Below the pieces are notes generated by a model. The model had not been told where the DNA came from and did no database searches. It worked only from the letters and a program-made list of their open reading frames with translations. The translations under genes were made by a program, and so were the position numbers. A stretch of DNA of 64,000 bases, taken from positions 5,307 through 69,306 of the forward strand of contig JBAZFK010000004.1 in assembly GCA_041653395.1 (NCBI GenBank), in the 5' to 3' direction. Of the stretch, positions 36,539-46,817 are shown piece after piece. Each line of letters begins with the position of its first letter. Positions within the stretch are counted from its first letter, which is position 1. The DNA is from Candidatus Nanoarchaeia archaeon. Its GTDB lineage: Archaea > Nanobdellota > Nanobdellia > Tiddalikarchaeales > Tiddalikarchaeaceae.

Positions 36539-37792
36539 ATGGATTTTTTCGCTTTTTTATTGAAAACCTTACTTTCATTAGCTCTTGGAGGATTAATTGG
36601 CATTGACAGGCAGAAAAGCAAGAACGGCTACCCTGCAGGAATAAGAACTTTGGCATTCATTTCATTGCTCGGATTCTTATCATGCTTTATTTCAAACGAA
36701 ATAAACAATTCTTATTTCTTAATCGCTTCGTTTCTTCTTATTTTCATCTTAATAATAGTTGGATATGGAGTGAGCTTTAATTCTGAAAAATTTTTCGGCT
36801 TCACAAGCACAATAATAATATTTTTAACTTTCTTAATAGGAGTAATCTCTTATTATGAGCAATATTATTACTTTGCAGTTTCATTATCAATACTAATAAC
36901 CCTGATTTTAACCCAGAAAACCTTTATTCACACATTCGTTTCAAAAATACAAGACAATGAATTATTTGATGCTTTAAAATTCGGAATAATTGCATTCATA
37001 ATACTTCCAGTGCTGCCAAACACAACAATTGACCCTTTAGGGGTAATAAATCCATTTAATTTATGGCTACTAGTTGTTTTAATTTTGCTAATAAGCTATG
37101 CTGGCTATATTTTGTCAAAATTTTTAGGCAAAAGCAAAGGAATCTATATTTCAGGATTGCTTGGAGGAGTAATCAGCTCAACAGCAGTAACCAGCTCGCT
37201 TTCAATACTCAGCAAAAAAAATGAGGCAGTCAGCAATTCCTGCATGGTAGGAATTACTCTTGCAAGCAGCGTAATGTTTTTAATGGTTTTTTTTGAGGCA
37301 TTACTAACCAATCCTTCTTTTGCTTATGGAATGATTATACCTTTCAGCTCATGTTTCTTGATTGGATTATTAGTCTCTTGGATTATGATAAAATCCCCAA
37401 AAACAACCAACTTAAACAATGCTGAACTAGTTTCAGAAAGCCCGTTTAATTTCTTTCCAGCAATAAAATTTATGGCATTAATAGTCTTAATATTGTTTAT
37501 TTCAAAGCTTTTATTAATGGTTTTTGGAGACAAAGGAATCTATGCAGTAAGCTTTTTTTCAAGCCTTGCAAACACTGATGCTGTCACAATCTCAATAGCA
37601 ACGCTTGCAAAAGACTCCTTGGCTTATAGCACTGCCTATTTATCAATAGCTATTGCTGTTTTGACAAATAATTTAATGAAGCTTTTTTTAATAAAACAAA
37701 TGGGTTCAAAAAAATTGTTCACAGAGATTTTAAAAAATTATTTAGCAATGAATGCTCCAATACTCATATGGATTATTTGCTTGCTTATTTAA
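36539..37792 (+). CDS. MgtC/SapB-family plus DUF4010-like polytopic membrane protein
   Basis: The N-terminus LALGGLIGIDRQ...PAGIRTLAF matches the MgtC signature (GxxIGxER...AGxRT). About 10-12 TM helices. Confidence 0.5.
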   Translation: MDFFAFLLKTLLSLALGGLIGIDRQKSKNGYPAGIRTLAFISLLGFLSCFISNEINNSYFLIASFLLIFILIIVGYGVSFNSEKFFGFTSTIIIFLTFLIGVISYYEQYYYFAVSLSILITLILTQKTFIHTFVSKIQDNELFDALKFGIIAFIILPVLPNTTIDPLGVINPFNLWLLVVLILLISYAGYILSKFLGKSKGIYISGLLGGVISSTAVTSSLSILSKKNEAVSNSCMVGITLASSVMFLMVFFEALLTNPSFAYGMIIPFSSCFLIGLLVSWIMIKSPKTTNLNNAELVSESPFNFFPAIKFMALIVLILFISKLLLMVFGDKGIYAVSFFSSLANTDAVTISIATLAKDSLAYSTAYLSIAIAVLTNNLMKLFLIKQMGSKKLFTEILKNYLAMNAPILIWIICLLI

Positions 37793-38018
37793 TCCCGAGC
37801 TTTTTTGCAAGCAGCTCAGCCTTCTTCTTGTTTTCAAACTTTATTGCCTCTTTTATATGCGAGCAGTAAGTCTCTTTTAGCGTATTCCACCTGCAATCGC
37901 AGCTCCATTCCATCTTATCCCTCCTGTAAATCACGCTATGCTTCTTTTTCTTTTCAGGATTATAAACAGTGTAAGCTTTTACTCTGGCACTTTCATAGTC
38001 AAAGACTGCTTTTAGCAT
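37785..38018 (-). CDS. Small SWIM-type zinc-finger protein (77 aa)
   Basis: SCDCRWNTLKETYCSH has the CxCx(n)CxH spacing of SWIM fingers. It lies directly downstream of the 1010-aa gene. Confidence 0.4.
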   Translation of the reverse strand: MLKAVFDYESARVKAYTVYNPEKKKKHSVIYRRDKMEWSCDCRWNTLKETYCSHIKEAIKFENKKKAELLAKKLGIK

Positions 38019-38060
38019 GGGATTAAATTAAAAATTAAGGGTTTTAAAGAATTTCTGTGC

Positions 38061-41000
38061 TTAATTCTTTTTAATATATAGTATTGCATCTGAAAACTCG
38101 GAGCTTGATGAAGGGAACAGCCAATTATTTCTCAGAACTATTTCTTTATAATTGCCGCACTTTATTTTTCCGCTTATTTCGTCAGTTTTTGCAGTATTCC
38201 ATAATGAAGTGTAAGTTTTTGAGAAGTCAAGAATTCCAATACTAAGCTCAACTTTACCATTATAAGTAATATGATAATTCAAATAAAATTCTTTTCCGTC
38301 ATAGCTAGGGTCTAGGCATAAATAATCAAGTGATTGGGAATCGCTGGTTTTTCCGTAAGCAGTATTCATTGTTGTAAGATAAATGACTAAATTGTCAGAG
38401 TCTGTGCTTACCATATCGCATTCATTCTCAGCTATGTTAAGCGTTGTTGGCCAGGTGCAATTAGGCACTACTATGATTGGAGTTATGGGAACTTCTGAAC
38501 TATTTGCTTGTTCAACTATAGGCATTTCAAAATCTTTTATATACATGCTTAAACTGTCAAGAGCTTGGCTGGCAATAATTCTTTTCTCAGGCTTTGAGCA
38601 GTTAATCTGGCCTGAAATAATAATCCTTTCAGGAGTGGTTATTGTAACAGAGGTTCCTAAAGAATCAGCTCCATAATAAAGGGTTAATCCTCCAGTAAAG
38701 TCGCTCCTTTTTTCAGCATTAATAAGGTAATACTTCCCATTATTCAAGCTGTCATTGCAAATGCTTTCATTTAAATATTCGCTTCCAATGCCAAACTCAA
38801 TCATTGTCTCATTCTTATTCAACCTGCAATAATCAGTGTTAATCCTGCTTGCTTGGCATTTATTGCTAATGCATTTAGAGATCGAGCATTTGTCAAATTC
38901 ATTGTTTGCGCAATCAAAATCATTGTCGCATCCTTTTACATAAAGCTTAACATTTGAAACGCTGAAAAACTGAAAAACATCGCTGTTAGGAATAAATGTT
39001 ATGTTATTATTGCCTAATGAGCAATTAATAATTCCTCTGCTAATCACGTTGCTTTGAGTTTCATTAAAAACAATGGTTTTGTTGCTCTTATCAAGCCCGT
39101 ATTTCATTGAAAAATTGCCAACAACTGAATCAATATCGAACTTGATAATGTATTCAGAGCTATCAAACCCTGGGCACACGCTGGAAGAGTAATTATTATT
39201 GTCATTCACCAAAGCTTTTTCAACCATTTCATCGCTTTGCACAAAAATCCTAATATTTGATAATGTTGCAGACAGCTCAGAAGACAAAGTCATATTCAAA
39301 TTATTATTGCACATGATTGTCCCTATGAAATAATCATTTCTTGATTCAACTTGAGGGGGGCTTGATTGAGCAATGTGATCATAGCTTTTGCTTAATCCAA
39401 TCACAGGAACATTAACTGAAGAATCGCCATTGTAGCTGATAGTGTAGCTTATTTTCACTTTCTTGCCTTCAAAGCAATTGCCAGTTTTATAGTTGCAGCC
39501 AGAGCAAAGCGCTGACAATAAGGCAACATTGCTGTTTGAATTAGCTGAAAAATCTGATAGTTCAAAAGGCTCGGATTTAAATGACAAATACTCTGCTGAT
39601 TCATTGCAAATGCATAAGTTAGAGTCAATCGGAGTGCTAGGCCAAGAGCATAGATTTTCATAAGTCTTGCATGAGCCTGAGCATAAATACTGGCTTTGTG
39701 GGCATGAAGTTAAAGCAGCAGGAGCAGAGGCTGATGCAACGCATCTGGCATTGCATTCCCAAGCATTTTCGCACACTTGGCCAGTTAAGCAATCACTGTT
39801 ACGTTTGCAGGCAGGAACAGTGCACTTGTTAACCCCATTAGTTAAGCAAATTATTTCCGAGCTGCTGCATTTAAAATAAGAGCAGTAAGCATTGATAGTT
39901 CCTGCATTAAGGCAATTATAATTCCATCCTTCTTTATAGCAATCCTCTGCTGATATGCATGAAGGAGTAATACAATAACCATTATATTCTATTTTTCCGC
40001 TTGCGCATGAGCCTTCATAAAAATTGTTCTCGCAATAATTCTGGCACTGACTATTCATGATTATGCATTTGTCAATAGTTGAAGGATTATTGTCAGAGCA
40101 GTCACTGTTTGATTTGCATTCTATTTTTTTGCAAACATTGTTGCATAAAGCCTCATCGCTTGCGCAAGAAACGCAATCAACATCATTATCCTTATTGCAA
40201 TTGCTAGGGCAATAGCCGTCTCTTGCAATAGTATTGCAAGCTAAAGCTGTATTGCTGCACTTGGCACTGCAAGTGTTCGAGTTTACGCAAGTATCAGTGG
40301 TTAATGAATTATAATCATCGCAGTCAGAGTTTTTAGAGCAAACATTAATGCATGCTCCGCTGCAGCAAACACCATTAATGCAGTCAGAATTATTATTGCA
40401 CGAATTCATAATATTCAAGGAATCAGACGATTCAAAAGATGACAATCCAACAACTCCAGTTATCCTAACACTCCATGTTCCGCTCTCATTCAAAGAAATA
40501 TTATTGATTCTCCAAATATTGCTTGATTTTTTTTGCCCTTCAACAACAATAGTCTCTCCAGTCGGACTTTGTAGCTCAAAAGTCACGCTGTCAAGATTTG
40601 ATGCCAATACAAAATCCTTAGAAAAAGTTGCTCCTGCAGTTAAATCATTGCTTAAAACCTCTTTAGGCGAAAAATCAAGGCTATAAAATACTAAAACAAG
40701 GCTTAATATAATGATTCCTATTGACATTAAGTAAATAGTTTTTTTGTCCATGAACTCTTTTTTTACAATCTTTTTCTCAATAACTGGCTCAGGTTCCGGC
40801 TTTTTTTCCTTGAATTCGAAACCGCAAACATCGCATTTAGCTGAATCCTTTATTAAATTACTGCATTCATGGCAGTGCCATAGTTTAGGAAAAGACAAAT
40901 TATTAGGATAATCGCAGCCTTTGCAGAACTCTGAATCAGAATTAATATTGGAGCAATTAGGGCAGCTCCATAATTTAGGATAATGATTGCCAAACCTGAA

Positions 41001-41093
41001 CTTGCAATTAGGGCAAATCTTATTATTATCAACTAACTCTGAGCAATTAGGGCACTTCCATTTTTTAGGATAATCCATACAATTATTAAACAA
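38061..41093 (-). CDS. Giant (1010 aa) single-pass membrane protein. It has three N-terminal cytoplasmic zinc-ribbon (RanBP2-like W-x-C-x2-C...C-x2-C) repeats, a TM helix, and an extracellular Ig-like region plus a very cysteine-rich repeat region. Adhesin or host-interaction candidate.
   Basis: The repeats are YPKKWKCPNCS...CPNC, YPKLWSCPNCS...CKGC and FPKLWHCHECS...CDVC. The TM helix is IYLMSIGIIILSLVLVFY. More than 90 Cys occur in recurring xNSDCx(5-10)C repeats, along with many N-glycosylation sequons. Confidence 0.6.
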   Translation of the reverse strand: MFNNCMDYPKKWKCPNCSELVDNNKICPNCKFRFGNHYPKLWSCPNCSNINSDSEFCKGCDYPNNLSFPKLWHCHECSNLIKDSAKCDVCGFEFKEKKPEPEPVIEKKIVKKEFMDKKTIYLMSIGIIILSLVLVFYSLDFSPKEVLSNDLTAGATFSKDFVLASNLDSVTFELQSPTGETIVVEGQKKSSNIWRINNISLNESGTWSVRITGVVGLSSFESSDSLNIMNSCNNNSDCINGVCCSGACINVCSKNSDCDDYNSLTTDTCVNSNTCSAKCSNTALACNTIARDGYCPSNCNKDNDVDCVSCASDEALCNNVCKKIECKSNSDCSDNNPSTIDKCIIMNSQCQNYCENNFYEGSCASGKIEYNGYCITPSCISAEDCYKEGWNYNCLNAGTINAYCSYFKCSSSEIICLTNGVNKCTVPACKRNSDCLTGQVCENAWECNARCVASASAPAALTSCPQSQYLCSGSCKTYENLCSWPSTPIDSNLCICNESAEYLSFKSEPFELSDFSANSNSNVALLSALCSGCNYKTGNCFEGKKVKISYTISYNGDSSVNVPVIGLSKSYDHIAQSSPPQVESRNDYFIGTIMCNNNLNMTLSSELSATLSNIRIFVQSDEMVEKALVNDNNNYSSSVCPGFDSSEYIIKFDIDSVVGNFSMKYGLDKSNKTIVFNETQSNVISRGIINCSLGNNNITFIPNSDVFQFFSVSNVKLYVKGCDNDFDCANNEFDKCSISKCISNKCQASRINTDYCRLNKNETMIEFGIGSEYLNESICNDSLNNGKYYLINAEKRSDFTGGLTLYYGADSLGTSVTITTPERIIISGQINCSKPEKRIIASQALDSLSMYIKDFEMPIVEQANSSEVPITPIIVVPNCTWPTTLNIAENECDMVSTDSDNLVIYLTTMNTAYGKTSDSQSLDYLCLDPSYDGKEFYLNYHITYNGKVELSIGILDFSKTYTSLWNTAKTDEISGKIKCGNYKEIVLRNNWLFPSSSSEFSDAILYIKKN

Positions 41094-41172
41094 ATTAGTA
41101 TTTATTAATGTTTTTTAAAAAGAAAATAGTTATTAAGAAGTTTTTTAAAAAAAGATAAAACTACTAATATTC

Positions 41173-41913
41173 ATGGATTTAAACAAAGCATTTACCTTGA
41201 TAAGCAATTCGATTAACAAGAAATTTGCAACAATAATTATGTGCAACTGCGAGATTAATTATTTCGGCAGGGCAAGAAGCTATTTAGGTGAAGGCGACAG
41301 GATGATTATCATAAAATCTGATTCATGTATTTTAATACACAAGCCTAAAGGCAGGAATCCTGTCAATTGGATGAGCTCAACACCCCAAATAACCTTGAAT
41401 ATGGAGCTGGATTATTTTGAAATCAAAGCAAGCAGTGTTAAGCCAAAAGAGGAGCTAGTGATTAACATTTTTGATGCCTATGAAGTGGCTTCTTATCCTT
41501 TGGTTGATACTGAGCAGCTGAAATTAGCAGGAAGCGAAAAAGACATGAGTAATATGATTTATGAAAATCCTTTACTAATCAGCGAAGATTTTAAGCCAAT
41601 TAATCGTGAAGAAAAAACTGACTACGGCTTTTTAGACGTTTTCGGCCATGACTCAAAAGGCAATTTTGTAATAGTTGAATGCAAAAGATACACTGCAGGA
41701 CTCGATGCTGTGACTCAGCTAAGAAGGTATGTTGAAAAGGTGAAATCAAGCAAAGGTGTAGGAAAAGTAATTGGTATAATAGCAGCTCCAAATATTTCGC
41801 CAAGAGCGCTAAATATGCTTAACAATTGGGGATTTAGTTATAAATCAATCGCTCCTCCTAAAATCTTCAAGGAAGAGAATGCTTCACAGATAAAAATCGA
41901 CAAATATTTTTGA
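41173..41913 (+). CDS. nucS: Endonuclease NucS (EndoMS), mismatch-specific
   Basis: The RecB-like C-terminal nuclease motif is DVFGHDSKGNFVIVECKRY (D...E.K). The length (246 aa) and two-domain layout match NucS. Confidence 0.75.
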   Translation: MDLNKAFTLISNSINKKFATIIMCNCEINYFGRARSYLGEGDRMIIIKSDSCILIHKPKGRNPVNWMSSTPQITLNMELDYFEIKASSVKPKEELVINIFDAYEVASYPLVDTEQLKLAGSEKDMSNMIYENPLLISEDFKPINREEKTDYGFLDVFGHDSKGNFVIVECKRYTAGLDAVTQLRRYVEKVKSSKGVGKVIGIIAAPNISPRALNMLNNWGFSYKSIAPPKIFKEENASQIKIDKYF

Positions 41914-41952
41914 ATAAAAAACTTTAAAATTAAAGGTTTTAATTATAAGTAC

Positions 41953-43464
41953 ATGGTTACTATTGACGACTTATTGGGTTCGCTTCATTTATTCGAAAAA
42001 AAATTATTGAGCAATTTATCAAACACTTTAAGCCTTAATAAGGCAGTTGAATTGGCAAAAATGCCTGAAATTCAGGTGCTGAAAGCAGCCCAGTGGCTAA
42101 GCAATAAAGATTTGGCTATAATAAAAGAAACTAAGAAAAAAGCAATTTCATTAACTAATAGAGGAAAAGAAGTGGTTGATAAAGGCTTGCCTGAACTAAG
42201 GCTACTTGATGAACTTTCAATCAAAGACAAGAAAATGAATGAAATAACAAGCCTTGACAAAAACGAATTCAACAAAGCATTAGGGATTTGCAAAAAAGAA
42301 GGATTGCTGTCAATGCTTAACGGAGCGCTTAAAATAACAAGCTTAGGAAAAGAATACTTAATCAAAGAGGAAGAGAAGAAAAAAATTTTAGAATCATTAA
42401 AAATAGGAGAAACCGACCTAAAAAAGCTTAAAATAAAAGAAAAAGACTTAAAAGAATTAACAGAAAGAGGATTAATCTTAATGATTGACAGGACTGAATG
42501 GGAATTCTCAGCAACACCTTTAGGGCTTCAATTAATAAAAAAAGGCATCAATATTGAGGAAGAATTGCTTGAAAGAGTGACTCCTAACCTAATAAAATCA
42601 AGGGAATGGGAGTCAAAAAAATTCAGAAGATACAATATTCTTGAGCCAGTTGCTCCTCCAATATTTGCAAAAAAGCATCCATACAATGAATTCATAAATG
42701 AAATAAAATCATTGTTTGTCAGCATGGGGTTCAAGGAAATGGCAGGAAATTATGTTGAAACCAATTTCATAAACTGCGATGCATTATACATGCCGCAAGA
42801 TCACCCTGCAAGAGCAGTGCATGACATATTTTTCATAAAAGAGCCGAAAAAAGCCTCACTAAAAGAGTTCAAAAAATTCATAAAAAAAGTGAAAAATGCT
42901 CATGAAAACGGAATAACTGGAAGCACTGGCTGGGGTGTTAAGATGGACAAGGAAATAAGCAGGATTCATGTGCTTAGGTCGCAGACAACGAGCGCAAGCA
43001 TAAGAAAACTAATGAGCCCTGACTTGGAAATCCCTGGAAAATACTTCATAATTGACAGAATGGCAAGGCCTGATGTTATAGACTGGAAGCATGGAGCAGA
43101 ATTTTTGCAAATGGAAGGAATAATACTTGGAGAAGAGATGAACTTGGCATCATTATTGTCATTATTACGAATGTTCGCTGAAAAAATAGCAAAAGTGGAA
43201 AAATTCCTTATAATGCCAGATTATTACCCTTACACTGAACCAAGCGCTTCCCTCCACATTTACAGCAATGGAAAATGGATGGAGTTAGGAGGGGCTGGAA
43301 TATTCAGAAAAGAAGTAACAGAGCCAGCAGGAGTAAAAGTGCCAGTAATTGCATGGGGGCTTGGATTTGATAGAGCATTCATGTCTAATTATGGAATAAA
43401 TGACATAAGGGAAATTTTCAGCACTGATTTGTCATGGCTTAGGAATGTAGAGGTGAAAAAGTAA
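41953..43464 (+). CDS. pheS: Phenylalanyl-tRNA synthetase alpha subunit (archaeal type)
   Basis: Class II motifs are present: GIFRKEV (motif 2 region) and AWGLGFDRAFM (motif 3). The 503 aa include an N-terminal wHTH extension. Confidence 0.9.
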   Translation: MVTIDDLLGSLHLFEKKLLSNLSNTLSLNKAVELAKMPEIQVLKAAQWLSNKDLAIIKETKKKAISLTNRGKEVVDKGLPELRLLDELSIKDKKMNEITSLDKNEFNKALGICKKEGLLSMLNGALKITSLGKEYLIKEEEKKKILESLKIGETDLKKLKIKEKDLKELTERGLILMIDRTEWEFSATPLGLQLIKKGINIEEELLERVTPNLIKSREWESKKFRRYNILEPVAPPIFAKKHPYNEFINEIKSLFVSMGFKEMAGNYVETNFINCDALYMPQDHPARAVHDIFFIKEPKKASLKEFKKFIKKVKNAHENGITGSTGWGVKMDKEISRIHVLRSQTTSASIRKLMSPDLEIPGKYFIIDRMARPDVIDWKHGAEFLQMEGIILGEEMNLASLLSLLRMFAEKIAKVEKFLIMPDYYPYTEPSASLHIYSNGKWMELGGAGIFRKEVTEPAGVKVPVIAWGLGFDRAFMSNYGINDIREIFSTDLSWLRNVEVKK

Positions 43465-45095
43465 TGCCAACATTTGAAGCAAGCTTTAAGGATTTTGAAA
43501 AATTAGTAGGAATAAAACTTCCGAAAAACAAGGAAAAATTATGGAAAAAATTGTTATTAGTAAAAACAGAAGTTGAAGAGTTAGATTTGAATAATGATAT
43601 TATTAAATTCGAGCCAGCTGACAGCAACCGGCCAGACATGTGGCATGTTGAAGGGCTTGCAAGAGCCCTAAAAGGTGCCTTAGGAATAGAGGCAGGGATT
43701 CCAAAATATGAGCTATTGCCTTCAAATGATGAAATACTAGTTGACAAAAGCGTCAAGAAAATCAGGCCTTTCATTGCATGTGCTGTAGTGAAAGGAATAA
43801 AATTCACGGAGTTCTTAATAAAGCAATTAATGCAGTTGCAATTAAAAGTTGACGGAAGCTATGGAAGAAAACGAGCAAAATCCTCAATAGGAATTTATAA
43901 TTATGAAATGATTAAGTTTCCTGTAAAATACAAGGCAATTGGCAGGGAAGATGTTAAATTTGTGCCTTTAGGATTTAATGAAGAGCTGACTCCCAATCAA
44001 ATCTTTGAATTGCACCCTAAAGGTGTTGAATTTGGAAAAATACTGGAGAATTTTAAAAAAGTGCCAATATTAATAGATGCCAATAAAAAAATCTTGTCAT
44101 TGCCTCCAATAATAAACAGCAACGATGTTGGGAAAATCACAAAAGAAACCACAAGCATATTAATTGAAGTAACTGGAACAAAAAAAGAAACAGTAATCGG
44201 AGCATTGAATATAGTGATAAGCGCATTAGCTGACAGGGGTGGAAAGATTTACAGCCTAAAAATCAAGGAAGGTAATAAAAGAACCATCACTCCAATGATT
44301 GAGCCAAAAACAATAACTATAAGCAAAAAAAGCATAGAAAAAAGAATAGGAATAAAATGGAGTGATTCCGAATTAAAAGACTTATTGTTAAGAGCAAGGT
44401 TTGATATTTCAAAAATCACAAAGGATGAAATAACAGTAAAAATCCCATTCTATAGATTAGATATAATGCATGAATTTGATGTAATAGAAGATTTAGCAGT
44501 GATGTACGGCTTTGAAAACATTGAATCCCAGCAGCTTAAATTATCCACTAACGGAGGATTGCTTGAATCAAGCATTTATTTAAACAATGTAAGAGACTTA
44601 GCAATAGGTATGGGTTATCAGGAAGTAATGAATTATTACAGATGCGACAAGGAATCATTGTTCAATCCCGAATGTGTTGAAATAGAAAATCCTATGAGCC
44701 TAACCATGAATGTTTTAAGGAATGAATTAATGCCAGTGTTAATAAAATGGATTGCCAAAAACACCCATAATTCTTATCCTCAAAAAATCTTCGAAGTTGG
44801 AAAAACTTTCATAAAAAATAAGGAGGAAGTTTTAGAAGAAAACTATTTATCAATGCTTTCCAGCCATTTAGCCGCTGATTTTACTGAGATAAAGCAGGCA
44901 GCAGAATGGGTGCTTAAGTCTTTAGGAATAAAATATGAACTGAAAGCAAAAGATTACTACCAATACATTCCGGGAAGAAGCGCAGCAATAATTATGAACT
45001 CAAAAGAAATAGGAAGTTTTGGAGAATTAAGCCCGAAAATAATACTTGAAAACGGAATGGAAAACCCTATAATTGGGTTGGAAATAAAAATATAA
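43464..45095 (+). CDS. pheT: Phenylalanyl-tRNA synthetase beta subunit (archaeal type)
   Basis: Immediately follows pheS with an ATGA-type overlap. The length (543 aa) and B3/B4 plus B5 region similarity match the archaeal beta subunit. Confidence 0.85.
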   Translation: MPTFEASFKDFEKLVGIKLPKNKEKLWKKLLLVKTEVEELDLNNDIIKFEPADSNRPDMWHVEGLARALKGALGIEAGIPKYELLPSNDEILVDKSVKKIRPFIACAVVKGIKFTEFLIKQLMQLQLKVDGSYGRKRAKSSIGIYNYEMIKFPVKYKAIGREDVKFVPLGFNEELTPNQIFELHPKGVEFGKILENFKKVPILIDANKKILSLPPIINSNDVGKITKETTSILIEVTGTKKETVIGALNIVISALADRGGKIYSLKIKEGNKRTITPMIEPKTITISKKSIEKRIGIKWSDSELKDLLLRARFDISKITKDEITVKIPFYRLDIMHEFDVIEDLAVMYGFENIESQQLKLSTNGGLLESSIYLNNVRDLAIGMGYQEVMNYYRCDKESLFNPECVEIENPMSLTMNVLRNELMPVLIKWIAKNTHNSYPQKIFEVGKTFIKNKEEVLEENYLSMLSSHLAADFTEIKQAAEWVLKSLGIKYELKAKDYYQYIPGRSAAIIMNSKEIGSFGELSPKIILENGMENPIIGLEIKI

Positions 45096-45113
45096 AAATT
45101 TTAAAAAAAAGAT

Positions 45114-45773
45114 TTATTTCTTTGAAGCTTCGCTATACCATTCTCCCATTATTTTTCCATTTACAAGAATCATTAAAGGGCTTGCAAGCAAAGGCGCAAT
45201 CACTGTGAAGCTTAAAATTCCTGAAATGAAACCAATAACTATTGAGTAAAGAATATTTATTCCAATCATTTTAAGATAAGCTCCAAAATTTCCAAAAACA
45301 ATGCTGAAAGCCTTGTTTATGTCAAAAAAAGCGCTGAACTTCTGCTCTTTTGCATAATTAGCAGTTAAAGCAGGAATAATCAAAATATAAGCAAAGATTA
45401 ATACTGCAACCAATATCCATAAAAATCCCATGCTTAAAGCAATATTAGTCATTTCGGAAATATCATTGGACATTGAAGCTGAAATAATCCCGCTAAAGCT
45501 TCCTGCAAAAATAGCCATGAACGGAATCATTAAAATGAATCCAAATGCCATATATTTTAACCCATTCATAACATCGTTTCCGAAATTTCCGAAAACTTTG
45601 GGAATCTCATCATTTTGATTGATTGAATTTGAAATTATCCTAATAGATAATCCCATTAATAGCAAGGCTCCGACAAGTGGAATAAAAACTGCTATTGCTG
45701 CAAGCAAGCAAAACATTAAAGTTCCCTTATAATCTTTTGCAATGAACTTGTACGCTGAATCAATAGTTAGCAT
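45114..45773 (-). CDS. Hypothetical polytopic membrane protein
   Basis: 219 aa with about 6 TM helices. No catalytic motif. Confidence 0.4.
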   Translation of the reverse strand: MLTIDSAYKFIAKDYKGTLMFCLLAAIAVFIPLVGALLLMGLSIRIISNSINQNDEIPKVFGNFGNDVMNGLKYMAFGFILMIPFMAIFAGSFSGIISASMSNDISEMTNIALSMGFLWILVAVLIFAYILIIPALTANYAKEQKFSAFFDINKAFSIVFGNFGAYLKMIGINILYSIVIGFISGILSFTVIAPLLASPLMILVNGKIMGEWYSEASKK

Positions 45774-45808
45774 AATTAATTAAAATACTAGGGTACTATT
45801 TAATCTTT

Positions 45809-46183
45809 ATGGCTCATTACAGCAAAGGCGCAGCGTATGAAAGAGAATTAATGGCAATACTTAACACTAAAGGATTTGCTGTTGCAAGGATTGCAGGAAG
45901 CGGCAAAGCTAAAGTGGAAGAGCCTGATTTAATAGCAGGAAATAGCAGATTAATACTAGCAATTGAATGCAAATATTCAGGCACCTTATATAAAACTGTT
46001 AATATGATTCAAGCCAATGATTTGGTGAAATTTGCCAAAATGTTCGGGGCGAAAGCAATACTTGCCTTCAGATTTGCCCATACTGCCTGGAAATTCATGG
46101 AATTAACCCAAGCAGTCACTAAAAATGTAAGCATTAAAAAAACAGACAAGCTTATGGAATTAAATGAATTAATAGGTGGATAA
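45809..46183 (+). CDS. hjc: Holliday junction resolvase Hjc
   Basis: KGAAYERELMAILNTKGFAVARIAGSG...PDLIAG...LAIECK has the E...D...E.K catalytic arrangement of archaeal Hjc. Length is 124 aa. Confidence 0.8.
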   Translation: MAHYSKGAAYERELMAILNTKGFAVARIAGSGKAKVEEPDLIAGNSRLILAIECKYSGTLYKTVNMIQANDLVKFAKMFGAKAILAFRFAHTAWKFMELTQAVTKNVSIKKTDKLMELNELIGG

Positions 46184-46817
46184 AATGAGTTTAAATCAAA
46201 AAGTTTTAGCGCTGAAGAATTCAAAAGTCAAAGAATTAGTTGGCAATAGATTAAAAGAATTCAGCGAAAAAAACAAAAAAAGCAACGAGGATTGGTATAG
46301 CGAACTATGCTTTTGCATACTTACAGCGAACAGCAGGGCAAAAACGGCAATTAATATACAAAATGAATTAGGATACAAAGGATTTTTTGAAAAAAATCAA
46401 CAAGAATTGGAAAAAATTATTTCAAAAAACAAGCACAGATTCTCAAGCATGAAATCAAGATACTTAATTAAGGCAAGAGAACATAAAAATCTACAATTAA
46501 AAATAAATGAATTAATCAGCAAAGGGCAAGAACAAGTAAGAAATCACTTGGCAGAAAATATTTTAGGAATAGGATTAAAAGAGGCAAGCCATTTCTTGCG
46601 AAACATAGGCTTTTTTGAGCTTGCAATACTTGACCGCCACATACTCGCGCTTCTAAAAGCGCACGGCTACATTAACGAAGTGCCGAAAACCTTGACAAAG
46701 AAAGAGTATTATAGGATTGAAAAAATCTTTCAAAAAATAGCCTCTGAATTAAAAATGAGCCCTGCAGAATTAGACTTATACATGTGGTATATGAGAACAG
46801 GAGAGGTTTTGAAATGA
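46176..46817 (+). CDS. ogg: Archaeal-type 8-oxoguanine DNA glycosylase/AP lyase (Ogg2 family, HhH-GPD)
   Basis: The HhH-GPD motif is GIGLKEASHFLRNIGFFELAILDRH, with the Lys and Asp positioned as in the Ogg2 family. Length is 213 aa. Confidence 0.75.
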   Translation: MDKMSLNQKVLALKNSKVKELVGNRLKEFSEKNKKSNEDWYSELCFCILTANSRAKTAINIQNELGYKGFFEKNQQELEKIISKNKHRFSSMKSRYLIKAREHKNLQLKINELISKGQEQVRNHLAENILGIGLKEASHFLRNIGFFELAILDRHILALLKAHGYINEVPKTLTKKEYYRIEKIFQKIASELKMSPAELDLYMWYMRTGEVLK

